Positions 37,654-50,116 of a DNA stretch of 64,000 nt are shown one piece after another. The notes under the pieces are model-generated. The model had not been told where the DNA came from. It saw only the letters and a list, made by a program, of their open reading frames with translations, and did no database searches. Numbering within the stretch: the first letter of the stretch is position 1; the number at the start of each line of letters is the position of its first letter. Location of the stretch: assembly GCF_003704095.1 (NCBI RefSeq), contig NW_020844827.1, forward strand, positions 1 to 64,000, read 5' to 3'. A program made the translations under genes and the position numbers. Source of the stretch: Pocillopora damicornis (Eukaryota).

Positions 37654-38400
37654 ATGGAGGAAGCAAACGGATCTTGGTTTCCAAGAGAGAGGCAGCATTC
37701 AAACCCGTTTCATTTCACCTCCGGTCACGAAGCTACGCAGCGTACGAACAATGCTACAAATATTTACAACGCTTCGCCTTTTCCAGAGAAAGAACCGAGA
37801 TTCTCACCCAAGCCAGGCAAAAGAGCAAGAAAACTGTCTTTATTCTCGTTTCATTTCAACTCCAAATCTAATTCGGAAGAAAAGGGAAGGCTAAGGCGTT
37901 CGTCTCAACCGGTGTTCAACCAAACTTCACCTCAAACTCTCCCACCAGATCCAAGTGATGTGTGGTTGACTTCTCTCACTAACAGTCGCCCTGGATCGGA
38001 GAACAGCTTGGATAGTTCGCCATGTTCTTCGCGAAAAGACTCAGCAGTTCTCGGACCCGTGGAGAAAGAAAATATTGCAATACAGGACATAATTCAAGAA
38101 ACACTAAAATTACAGTTTGACTGTGTTACAGAGTATAACCGGGATAAATGTGATCGCTTGGGAAAGAACGTCTGTCAGCTGGTGAAACGGCGCGTCGAAG
38201 CCATGAAAGAGGCTACTAAAACACGCTGCAAAATCGTGTCAGTCGTTTATGTTGGCGCGGTAAGAGACTTTGGGATGGAGGTAGCATGTCAGGCGCTTCT
38301 GGAAGTAGACAAAGATAATTTTACGGTTGCAAGTTACAGAAACGGAAAAGTTTTTGCTGTGGGTGGCATTATAGTGATTCCGTTAGAGAAACAGGCGTAG
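37654..38400 (+). CDS. Tctex-1 domain protein B, paralogue of A; intronless CDS
   Basis: 248-aa ORF; IQETL..EYNRDKC..KIVSVVYVGA..QALLEVDKDNFTVASYRNGKVFAVGGIIVI aligns with paralogue A. Confidence 0.85.
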   Translation: MEEANGSWFPRERQHSNPFHFTSGHEATQRTNNATNIYNASPFPEKEPRFSPKPGKRARKLSLFSFHFNSKSNSEEKGRLRRSSQPVFNQTSPQTLPPDPSDVWLTSLTNSRPGSENSLDSSPCSSRKDSAVLGPVEKENIAIQDIIQETLKLQFDCVTEYNRDKCDRLGKNVCQLVKRRVEAMKEATKTRCKIVSVVYVGAVRDFGMEVACQALLEVDKDNFTVASYRNGKVFAVGGIIVIPLEKQA

Positions 38401-40832
38401 AGTTCAAATAATTTTTGATGGAAAGAAAACAGACCATACTAATGTGAGAAGCTTAGATAACAAGCGATTGAAAAACAGTTGTTTTCACACAGGTATTGTT
38501 GTGTTTTGATAGCATTGCATCAGTGTTATATGAAGATTGAAATGAAAGCTAATGAAAACATTGTGTTGCTGGTTGGAGCCGGCGGCTGAAGCCGGCTAGC
38601 CCGGTATGGTTCATTAGTTATGATAAACACAGATAACCCGCGGTCACAGGCCTATTAGCAGATGCTGGCAAATTATCAGGGGTTCACAGCTATGAGCAAT
38701 TCGCATATATATTTGCATCGCTAAATAAAAACATTACGGATGATGAGCTTCGCTTTAGCAACTTACATTACAAATTGGCACGCGGCGGGAGGTCTAGGGC
38801 GGATAATAAGACTCCACCCCAGCCCGCCCCAGCCCACCCTCTCCGGTCTAGTTTTTTACGCAAAATTCGGGTCAAACATGGACTTTTGAAGAGTGTTTTG
38901 ACGATCTTTTAAGCTTTATGTAAATTGTGATAAATGGATGGTCCTCTGGGCACCATGATGTCTGCATCTGATCCGACTTCACCTTAAATGTCTTGAATAA
39001 ACAATACAAAGTTGAAGCTAAACAGAAAAATGGGAATGAAATTCTCCGAATTTTAGCAATTTTTCTTTGGACGTTTGGTATGATAGAGTATGATTCGGCA
39101 TGCGAGTTACTTAAGATTTTATAAATAGCTCACATTTCGCATGACCGCGAAGAGCTTATGCCCTGATAACGCTGAATCTATAAATGGTTTATCACGATGT
39201 AAGCTACTTCGCGACAAGGTGAATGCCTTCACGAAAATAGTTTGAAATTGTGATCCACTCAGACGATAACACGATTGTTACGGTGCAAGGTCAACATTCC
39301 TTCACTTAACAGATAATTGAGGACGGCGGGGGGGGGGGGGGGGGNNNNNNNNNNNCCACTAGCCCGATGTGTCGCAAAATGAATGCTGTTAATAGTTACT
39401 TGAAACAACACTGACTCTGTGTGAGGCGTTTAGGGAAGAATCCACTAATAAATGACCCTTCTGAGGACAAAGGTACTCCTTCGTAGGATCCTGTAAAATC
39501 CAGGCGAACAAGGCTGAATCTGCATGAGTTTCCTGAGGAAGTACCCCCCCGGCCTTGAAATTATGGTCTCTACAGTAAACGAGGCAATCTTTCGAAGGAG
39601 TCACTAAATGTTTGCATTCAGTACATCGCTGTCGCTGTGTGTACCATTCAGATGACAGCCTGTCACAAAAAAACTGCCTTCTTTTATAATTTTGTTCTCA
39701 TTTTCAGACAGCGCCGGAACTTGAAAGGCATTTGTGTTTCTGTGAGAAGTTTTCGAAAGGAGAACTTTCAGCATTGTTTGTATTCGAATTTAACCAACGT
39801 TTAAGAGCAAGAAGCATCAGTATTTGATTTTCGAGTGGTTCGAAGTTTAGAAAGCTTGCCAAATGTTAAATCAGTGTCACAGAGGTTGTAGCTGCAAGAA
39901 CGAAACCCAAAGTTATTGCTCCGACATTTGAAAGGGGCAATATCGGATGCGACATTCTTTTTCCTCTAATGACTAAGCTATGTCATCATGACAATATCAA
40001 GGTCAAAGAGGACAAGTGTAAAGAATCCAAAATATTTCTAATTTTTCAACACATGTCTATTACTTTGCAGTGCAGAATTATTGAAATAATACCTCTCCGG
40101 ATATTGCCAATTTGCGCTTTATTTAATTTAACAAAGGCAAGCGTTTGGTTTGGTTGCGCGGACAAAGTGAAGGACTTCCGAGATAAACCACTTCACTGGC
40201 GTCAATGATATCAAGTCCGTATCTTTATCGCCTTCATTAGCTGTTAATATTTGGCTGCTGATACATAATTAAGCCTTTCTTAGATGGGAAAGATGCGCGG
40301 AAGGTTTGGTATTCACTCCGGAATATGCTAAACAGATAAAGAAACAGAAGCTAAGCTCTTTTGAAATAGTTTATAAAGATTGGCTTGGTAATCCACTCAA
40401 AGTTTGATTTGACATAAGACTTTAAATTAGCCGCTTTACTTTTCTGAAGAAGCGAGTGTGTAACAACTGCCCTAACCTTACCCCCCTTGGTTGTTTCGCT
40501 CGCGCTCTCAGGCGATAATCTACGATAAATTTAGCGCTGTCTTCGCAGTTACATTTCCTTGGCAAAAAAAAACAAAACAAAAAAAAGGAAAAAGAAAAAA
40601 AAAGAGAAAGAATGGCGCCTGTTAGGTGGACTAGCAAAAATTGGTCAATCACAGGTCGGCTGCACCTGATTGGCTCAGCGACTCGCTATCCGTGATTTCG
40701 TGATACATAGTAAGTAAAGTGTATTGGCTAGGAGGATGTGGTTGTAAACAAAATAGGATTTGATAAATATAACTGTCTTCTTAATAAGATTTGGTTGGCT
40801 AGATTTATTCTAAAATTAGATTATGCACTTTA

Positions 40833-40892
40833 GATTTCTATCGCGTGATACCTGACTCAGGCCAGCTCATCAACTATCACGCGATAGAAATC
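40833..40892. repeat. Palindromic dispersed repeat
   Basis: gatttctatcgcgtgata ... tatcacgcgatagaaatc, 18-bp perfect inverted arms. Confidence 0.8.
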
Positions 40893-41050
40893 ACGAGTCC
40901 TTAATATAAGATGTAAAAGGTCTTGTGTAGAAGGTCTTTTTTGAAAAGGGTAACTTCGATTCGTTGGAAATTGGTTGAAAACTCGTAAAAGAAAAAGAGT
41001 TGAATAAAATGAGTCAAATTACTAAAGAAAACTTCGTTGATTTTTTCAAT

Positions 41051-41098
41051 TCAACTGCCCGGAAGTTTAACTGCCCAGAAGTTCAACTGCCCGGAAGT
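41051..41098 (+). repeat. 16-bp tandem repeat, three copies
   Basis: tcaactgcccggaagt / ttaactgcccagaagt / tcaactgcccggaagt. Confidence 0.9.
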
Positions 41099-43331
41099 TA
41101 AATTAAGAGAATCAACTTTCTGCTCCCAACCTAACACTCTTGTGCGTGAGTCAGTATCTTCTCATGACCGTGAGCTGCTTTGGAAGCCTGGAATCTAGGA
41201 ATCTTCCAACACCTCTCACAGCGCCTCGACTTTAATTTTCAGTAATTCGCAAATTTCTCGGCCATCATAGTTCTTTCAGACCCACAAAATTCTCGGCGTA
41301 AGCTCTTCCTGTAAAAAAAAGTAAAGAAGGAAAAAAAAAACGCTTCTCATGCAGATCAGAATATTTCTCTCTGAAGATTTGCCTTAGAAGAACGCAAAGA
41401 TATTTTTTTAGCCAATGGAGAGAACGTTGAAGGGAGAACGTCCAAGAGGTTCCAAAAAGGTTTGCTGCCTCATGCCTGGCAACGCACACTGTACGTTGCC
41501 AGGTAAATTTATTGTATTTCCAGTTGAATTTAAAATGATGTGGTGGTGAATGACCCATCGAATCCATTAAGACTCAAAGGCACACCTGATGAAATACAAA
41601 AGGTTCATTAATTATTCATGACTGTTTTAGTTTTGACAATAAAGTGGCTTTTGAAGGACCACGCTCAACCAGGATGCATTGCGGGGATAGAAAAAGACTT
41701 TTAATTTGTTGTCAAAGAGCTTTCTGAGTCTTTTCTGCTCCTGTCGCTTGCGCAAACACCTGAAGTCCTGCAATTCTATAGATCAAATAATCCGCAACCT
41801 GCGCAAAAGTTAAAGAATTTTCTTTGAAAGTATGTTATGCCATCAGTCAAAAAGTAGTGTCCCGTCTTGCGAAATCTTGTTCATTTATGAGTACACAATG
41901 ACTACAAAGCAAGCAGTTGGGTGGTATCTGTGTTCTGCGTATAAGCGTTCGTTTACACGAAATTATAGAATACGAACAGCAACCCTCTTTTTTTTTTTTT
42001 TTTTTTTTTTTTTGCTAAGTGCACCGCACAAGTCAAGGAAAAATAAAACAAAGGGACATTAGAAAAATTTAGTCAGGGCCGTGTGAGAACTGGGAACTAA
42101 AACTTCACGCGGCGGCATTAACTTTTACACTCATTTCTCTTCACTCCTACGACCGACTCAGCAACGAGAGGGTGAATGATCTAGAAACAGAAGTCTCTCA
42201 TATAAGCTTATATGGTTTGGGATAAGGAAAAAGTTAAATGTTAGCTACACTACGTGGCTCTTCTCTATAGCCATTCACTGAATTTGCCTTTTTGCTGACA
42301 GCATTAAGCTTTCGAGTAACTCTTATCATTTCTTCCTGAGGTGATTTTTTGGTCCCTGCTCAGGGGACATTAATCTTTCATCATTTCAAGGCGCTATTGA
42401 CGAAAATAAACCAACAAAGACAAAAGGACTCTGACTGGTAGAGCAGGTTCTTGTCTTTGTCGAAATAAGACCACCGAAGTCCGGTGCGACATTCAAAAGA
42501 ACATCTTTCATTTCCCTAAGGATCAAGCGACTACATACTCAAATAGAAGGTAGGTTTAGGAGCTAAGTTTCTGAGCTATTTCTCATGGTTTTTAGTTTGG
42601 AGTAATCCGAATTCTACCATAACATTCTAAATTATGCCAGTAACGGAACGTTAGTACGCAACTTTGAATAAGCGGCATTCAAACTCAGTCCCGTTTACTA
42701 AATGTTTTAGCTGGATATCTCACGAAAATTGACTTTTTGTTCAAGTCTTGAAAATGATCCCCGCCATTTGCAGTTCGATTTTCCTCTAGGAATATAATTA
42801 TTCGATTCGCGCTCAAAGCAACTACTTTATTTATTAGTTTCTGGTGTGGCTCTGAGTAAACTTACATCATGTTTTCACGTTAAGGTTCATAACGCAAAAA
42901 CGTGTCTTTAAAAACATTTTTAAGACGATATGGCGTTTTTTTGCAAACCTTGACGCCCGCGCTGAGGGGTACCCAGATAATTGGAAGTAGAAATTCGTAT
43001 GACTTTATGATCTCCGAGTTGATTTTCTTTTTAAAGGCATAACAATAGCATGGAATACAATAAATAACCTGCACATGACTTATTCTCCAGTTGACACTGG
43101 AGAAGTTAACAACCAATTATCGACCAAACTAATTTGTTTTCACTGCTTTCACACAAATAATAATGGTATTTGGATCTGTTATATCAATTTGTTGATCGAA
43201 ACCCAATCTGATACGTGTATTAAGGTGCGATATTATAAGACTAAAAGCTTTTGTCTTTCCCGTTTCTAAATAAAGGTTCAGAAGTACTATTGTTGCCCAG
43301 AAAACTTCATAGATTTTTTATCTTGTAGAGC

Positions 43332-46300
43332 ATGAGGGTCCTCGTTGTATGTGCAGTTGTGGCGAGTTTTTATTTCATCGATGCGATGCCTTTTAACGGT
43401 AAGTGGAGGAGACCTAAGTTCGAATTTCTCCTAGTCATGCACCACCCCCACCCCCCCACCCCTGCTAGCCATGAGTACGTAACATCTGACCTTTGATATC
43501 ATATTTATCTAACTTCAAGCTATAATGCTGTCCCAATATTGCTCTAACGCTGGTCCAACACTGTTCTAATGCTGTTCCAACATTAATTCTAACTAGACTG
43601 CCGCGATCATTACGAGCTTTGTGGAAAATGGGCGAAACATCAATATTGTGAAATGACAGACTACAAGGATTACATGACTCTAGTGTGTCCGTACTCTTGC
43701 GGTCGATGTGACGGTAACTGCTTTAATCTATTTTAATGACTAATTGTAGCAACTGAAAAAGCAAACATGTTATTTCTTTTAGAGCTATTTTCAGTTGAGT
43801 TTCAAAAGAAATACAGGATTGCTTTGGTTTAGCTTCACTCTGCTCTCTGATTGGTCAAGAAAACTCGCTCATGGACCAATCAGAAGTAATATCAAGAACG
43901 ATTTGGTCACGAGGTTTTCCCGCGCTTGAGGTCGGTTACGTGTTTCTACTTTGAGTTCCTATCGGCTCGTTGTGATCATCTTCTGTACTCTGATTGGCCG
44001 TTGTGATTACATTAGACACGAAGGTAAATTGATTGCAAATGCAAACATCGCAAGTTTCAATAGAGCACTTTTCAACTGAATTTCGTCAAACCAAAATAAA
44101 AGTGATCTCAACAATCAGTCAGAACATAGGGAATATTAGAAAAAAAAAACCAATGAAAAATCGGAGTTAAAAGATTCAGCGCTGGAGAACACGAGTGACC
44201 AAGTCACAAACTACAGAATTTTTCACCTGATCGATGGTGACGAAGTTCGTGCGAAATGTCTAGACAAACAAAACCACTGAAATCCTAGATTACTTTCCAC
44301 TCGCTGAATTGAAAATTCCTCACAGCTTTTCCCTCGTCTTTCCCGCCCTGAAAAAGATGGAGCTATAGAAGGAGCTCACCCCATCCACTGCTAGTACCCG
44401 TGTTTAATTCCCGAAGCAGGTGCAACGTGCACATTTTAGTTTATTTATTGTTGGCAAAACTGCTCCAAATGGGGCTTCTCGGTCCCAGTCCCTCCAGGAC
44501 TGGCAAATGGGAAACACCCCAAATTCAATCTTTGCCTTACATCTGTCTAAATTCATCATTACAAATGCACTCGAAAATCAGCAGTTTACATCTACACTAA
44601 CTAATAATTTTTTAGTTGATGGCATAGGACAACAAAAACAAGATCTACGAGAAAACAATAGAGCAATCAACAGCTTCATTTTTTTTTCTTAGCTGCTGTT
44701 TTTCGTTTTTTAGATATTCTAGCTGATTTGGGTGCATCAGGAATGAGCGCTTCCGGTAGTGGTGGGCAAAAAGCGATACCGGAAGTTGTTGCAGACTTTG
44801 AGGGATTAGGTAGCAGGGTAGCAAAATCTGGTAAAAAATCAGAGGACATTGATGATAGCTCTTCCTCTCAAAGCCTGTCAGGGTCTGGAGAGAGTTACAG
44901 AGAGCCTCGTTTTCGAGAATCAAACAACAAAGAAACAGATAATCAATCTTCTGGAGAAACCGCACAGCAAGACGAGCCAGATGATCAGGAGAAGTCTATT
45001 TCCGGTTCCGGTATTGATTCTGCTGGTGCTAATTTTTGGCCTGTTGTTAGAATTGAACCTGGCGCAAACGACAGAGGAAGCGACAGAGAGCTCCATTTGA
45101 TCCGGAGATCTGAAACATCTATCCCTGACTTGTCTAAAAGAGCTTCTAATGATGGTAGCAGCGTCACGATTAGCGAGCCAACGTCTGGGGAGCAGTTGGC
45201 TCAAAGGAGTGACGCTCTCACTGCTAGTGGATCCGGTGAGGATCTCACTTCCGGAGAAGATGATGCGCCCTTTGATACTTCCTCTACTGATTCAGAATCC
45301 GACTCCGGTTGCTCTTCCGGTTATGGGTGTTACGAGTCTGAAGGTGAGCAGGGAGGAGATGGTGGGGGAATCAATTCGCGTTCAGTGATCTCTCGAGCGG
45401 AAGAAAGAGCTGGCGCTTCTGGCAGCGCCTCCGGTGATTTTGCACCCAACGAGAAGGCTTGGGTGCAGCCTCATTTTGATGTAAATGCCGGTCCTTACGA
45501 TGACGAAGCATCTGGGTCTGGTTCCGATGGTTCCGGTTCCGAAGGTTCCGGTTCCGAAGGTTCCGGTTCCAAAGGTTCCGATTCCGAAGGCATTGCCCGT
45601 CTTAAGATCGCCTTCCCTGAAAATGCTTCGGGGTTTGGCAAGGAAGACGCACAGCCAGAGACAGATTTACACGAGATCGAGGACGCCATTTTTGATAGTG
45701 GTATACCTCTGGTAATCACAAGTGACACCAGTTCCGGTTCTGGGTCCGGGTCCGGGTCCGGTTCCTTAATGCCCAGTCCTCCTGAAATTAAAAGTTTCCA
45801 TGACAGTGAGGCTTCCGCTTCGGGATCTGGTGCAGCTGAAAAGGTGGAAGGTATGCAGCTGTTTGTAGCGCCTCAACACCACCAGAGAATCAGTCTCATG
45901 GAGAAGATGATGAAACTTGGGAAACTCCAGGCCATCAAAATAACTCATCACACCGTAGGAGCGTCCAGTCGGAATGAAGTACCACGTGTGAAAGCCGCAG
46001 ACGACAATTCACAAATGCTATCGGATTTAGGTAAAACCTTTACCTAGTTACTCTTAAAAGAGATTAGAAGTTTTAGTGGAGACCTATAATAGTCACAACG
46101 ATATAACATAGCCATCTACCACCTCGTCGTGAGACTGTACAAAATTTGATGATCGCAAGGAGTTGTTTTAAAGTGGATAACAAGGAAATGTAGAGACAAT
46201 TTAATCGCACGTGCAGAATTATGGGTCCCTAATATTAAGTTTGATCAATACTTTTATATCTATATTACGTCTCAATAAAAGACTCTCTAGATATTTTTTG

Positions 46301-48115
46301 GAATCCATAAGCAAACTCGTTGAGCATCGTGCTCAAAGTCTCGTTCGCGAATTCAAGATGTAGGCAGTTTGGCCCCCTGTTACAGAAGAACTCTCAACTG
46401 CATGTTCACGAGTTACAATTCATACAAAGACGGATTATCGATTACTTGCCGTAAAATACTTCGTTTGGGCCAAAATATCGTTTAGATACATTATTAATTC
46501 CGCAAAGGATCTGAGGAGTCTTTTGGCCGACACGAAACGCCGCGTCATACCAGTCATGAAGTAAGTTTTCACAAGAATTTGACAATCTTTCATACTTTTT
46601 TTTTCCCAGTCATAGCTTTTTTTCAACGCTTACTCGTTAGAAGTTTTCTTTATGTCGTAACGCTTTGATTTCGTCAATCATTTGTCTTTGCAGGACAAGG
46701 GAGGAAAGTGTCGTTTGTTTTGAATCAAGATTTCCATAGTGGTTATGCAAATGAGAATTCAGCGGCTTACAACATTCTTGCCAACAACGTGAAACAAGAG
46801 GTGAGAAATAATTTGTTTTGATGCTGATAACTAGAGAAGAATCAAGCTAATAAGGACATCCTGATTTCAAAACCTCGTTCACATAAGTCTGCAGGTGTTC
46901 AAAATGGGGACGCAGCCTACCGCTCCTGGGTCGAAGTTGTCACAATAGGCCGAGTTCCGAGTTTCAAAAACCCCCAAATTCGATATGAAGACAGACACTA
47001 AACAATTCTTGAGCAAACGAACTTTGAGACACTTACGTGTTCTACCTTCTTCAACTTTTCTTCTTTTGTATCACAATGGCCTTATTTGGCGCAAAAATAC
47101 GTACGAAGAACTATCGTAGTGGACGTTAAGTTTACAAATTGAGGAATATCGCTCGGGTGATATCTCAGATAACATGCAGTTTTAGCTGGGGGATATTCGG
47201 TCACGTGCTGCGTTTAGACCAATCGCGCGCGAGCAAAAAATATTTGATGGATCGTAAACTTTGATATTTACATTTTTCACATACAGGTTGAAAACGCTTT
47301 AGGTAGTGGCGCAGTGGTCTCCGAAATCGCCTTCTCGTAAGTGTCTTTTTTTCTATGAAAGGAGAAATTTAAAATAATCATAGATATTTTTTTCATTTTG
47401 TCATAGGGTTATATTAAAAAACGTTCTCAATTTCTTATGGTCAATTATGATATATGTGGTATATCTGATATATCATGCTCCATAATTGGCATCTATCGTA
47501 ACCAATCAGATGCAAACTCGAACCAATCCCCACTTGGTCACTCGTGCTTTTCCGCACTTCAGGCACAGTTTGCTTATTTTGACTTTAAGTTCTTGTTAGC
47601 TCCTTGTGACGTTTTCTTTTAATTTGGCAGCCCCCCCCCCCCAATTCCTTGACGTTTGGTTTTTTAGGACAACCATTCGTGAAGCACTTTTATGCTTGAG
47701 GCTATGGCAATGAAGTTTTCCCATTACTGTTCTGTCACGTGTTGCGTTACCAGTGCTAATCGGGCATGCTGGGAATGTTTTTAGGGGAGTGGTGTTATAT
47801 GGCAGCGGTGTATACACATTTTTTTTTTACCTTGAAATTTTATTAAAATAAATCACGATTACACAACTGGAGACGGCCTCGTCTTCGATAATCTTAACCT
47901 CTACTTAGGGTCGAGGCTACTAGACCACAACAAACACTATTATTTTTCTCCTCAACAGAGAGGTTCGTGAGCCGATATCACACTCACCTAGATTCTCCAA
48001 GGTAATGGTCTCTTTCAAACTTCTCGGTGACGTCGCGAAACTGGAGAGAAAAGTCAAGAAAGGAATGATCAATGGTCTAATTGTGGATAAGACATTTTTC
48101 CATGATGCGCCTTGA
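43332..48115 (+). CDS. Secreted acidic Ser-Gly-rich proteoglycan-like protein with a C-terminal SEA-like domain, 565 aa
   Basis: Exons 43332-43398 (signal peptide MRVLVVCAVVASFYFIDA), 44714-46030, 46694-46800, 47287-47336, 47959-48115; phases consistent, 1698 nt. Many SGSG/EGSG sites. SEA-like: VSFVLNQDFHSGYANENSAAYNILANNVKQEVENAL..VSEIAFS..KVMVSF..VKKGMINGLIVD. Probable 5' UTR exon ends at 42549 (gaag|gtagg). Confidence 0.8.
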
Positions 48116-48503
48116 ATATCAAGCAAGGATTCGCGGAAAATTTTATAGGTTTTAAAGACAAAAGATTATAGACTACACATGACGTTTTAAATGTATTCCG
48201 ACTACGACCGGCTAGTTCCCAGACCCGTCTCTCCTCCTCAATCTTCCCTTAGAAGTGCAAAGAAGAGAGAGTCTGGGATCGAGGATGATTCAAAGACTTG
48301 AAGAAACAAACAAACAGTTTTTTCACCGAGAAAAATCTACCATCAATCTTCGAAGTCTTTTTTGACCCATATGCTTTAATTTTCTTCATCTTGGGGCATC
48401 CTTGTTTCCTCACCAGGGTCTATTTTTTGTTTTTACTGTGTTTTTCTATCTTACCAACAATCTCAAGGATTCCATTAAGTTGAACTAAATATAATGGGTT
48501 AAC

Positions 48504-48722
48504 GTAAATTGGCCACCGTAAAGAGTTTCGTTAACCCTTCGTCAGAGCAAAGTCCTGTCCTATCCTTCGCTCTGAGAAAGGGCTAACGCTTGAAATGTCA
48601 GCTTTGAAACTCTTTACAGTGGCCAATTTACGTTATAAACTCGGTTGATAATACTAAATTACTCTGTTATAATCCCCCACCGACGCAGCACCACAGTGTC
48701 TTTAGAAACTTACCTCCTTTTT
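48504..48722. mobile_element. Penelope-like element terminus remnant, palindromic, with a decayed hammerhead-like motif; related copies at 54885-55115 and 55140-55420
   Basis: Inverted arms cgtaaattggccaccgtaaagagtttc / gaaactctttacagtggccaatttacg, containing ctctga(cg)aagggctaacgct(c)gaaa(c)gtcagc. Confidence 0.6.
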
Positions 48723-49596
48723 TCATAAATATAATGTCCCTGGTTATTTATATTATAAGGGAATTATTTCTGTTGTCGAAGCTAGCATTATGTTGAGTAA
48801 ACCTTGACACTCCAGGACTGACATACTCCAAATGATTCAACACTTTTGAACTGACCCATTCTTGGCTGATTTTGACGTTTTCCAAAAAAAACATGTCAAA
48901 CAAAAGATCGATTTTTATATTTTAAAGTAGAACCTCTTGTAAGGTTCTAAGGTAATCCAAATGACAGGTACGTTATATAATTACAAAAAGCATAGGGGGA
49001 GATAGGTATGTAAGGCGTTTTAGGCATTTAAGTTTTTGTAATACAACTAGGGGTCAGTTAATTTATCAAATCCAGAATTTGCTTAGGTTCGAAATGAAAA
49101 GGAGTTGAGGAATTAAAATTAAATTGCTATTCTTGTGATACGTAAAGGTAAAAATAATTTAGACACCGCATATCAATTTGTCAGCGCTCCCATTGATAAC
49201 AGACAGCTTTTTGCATCTGAAGGGGCTACCCTGATCGGTATAAATCAATAGAGGTTCTTCACTCCAAGTGTAATTAGTGTAGATGACATATAACTTTCAA
49301 TAAAATTATCAGGTATAACAAGTAAACGATAGTGATTTGTTTTTTAGTTGCTCGGATTTTCTTAGAATGGATCGCGATCGACGCCATACGATCGGAGTTT
49401 GTCCTAGCCGTTAAGATCGGGTAGTTCAGTTCCAATTCCTATTTTAAGGCGATGCGAGGAAAGGAAATTTGTACAGGAGTGGTCCCTCGTTTGAGCAGGG
49501 GCTCTGCTTAGGTTCTTTGGCCTTTACCCTATTAATGATTCCAAATAATCCCCGTTTCTTCCTATGATGATTATTTCAACGAATTAAGTTGTTTAA

Positions 49597-50116
49597 GGGC
49601 CTTTCCGCACTCGCGAAAATTTTGTCTATTTAGACAAATTTTCTGTCGTCACCAACATTTTACAAGTGCGGATGGTTTGTCGCTACTTGACAAATTTTGG
49701 CCGAAGCGGACAAATCTTCAATCGCATCGCCGACAAAATTTGTCCCGGGTAAAAACTGGACAAAATTGACTAGATATACAAAACTGTGATAAACTTGTCA
49801 ATCGTTTGTCGTAAAAGCTACGACAAGTGTAATTGAACTGAAATCAGTTTGCCAGATAGGCAAAAATTGTCTGTTGCAAAACTCGGAGATTCTAAAATTT
49901 TGAAACGACTGAGGACAAATCCTGGAAACTGGAGGTGGAATCCTTTGGCAAACTATGCGGGTCGGTCTTATGAACAGATCAGTCGCTGATGGAATTTTAC
50001 GGCTTTGAAATTTTTAGTGCGGATGCAATAAACGAAACAAATATTTTTCATGACAAAATTTGTCCTTTGATTTTGTTGGGACAGTTCTAGCTTTGTCCAC
50101 TCGTGCGGAAAGGCCC
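49597..50116. mobile_element. 520-bp PIF/Harbinger (Tourist-like) MITE
   Basis: TAA|GGGCCTTTCCGCAC ... GTGCGGAAAGGCCC|TAA: perfect 14-bp TIR, 3-bp TAA TSD, many internal gacaaa/tttgtc motifs. Confidence 0.88.

Noticed and set aside
39325-39355. Poly-G run as a possible G-quadruplex
   Set aside because: It abuts an N gap, so its length is unreliable.
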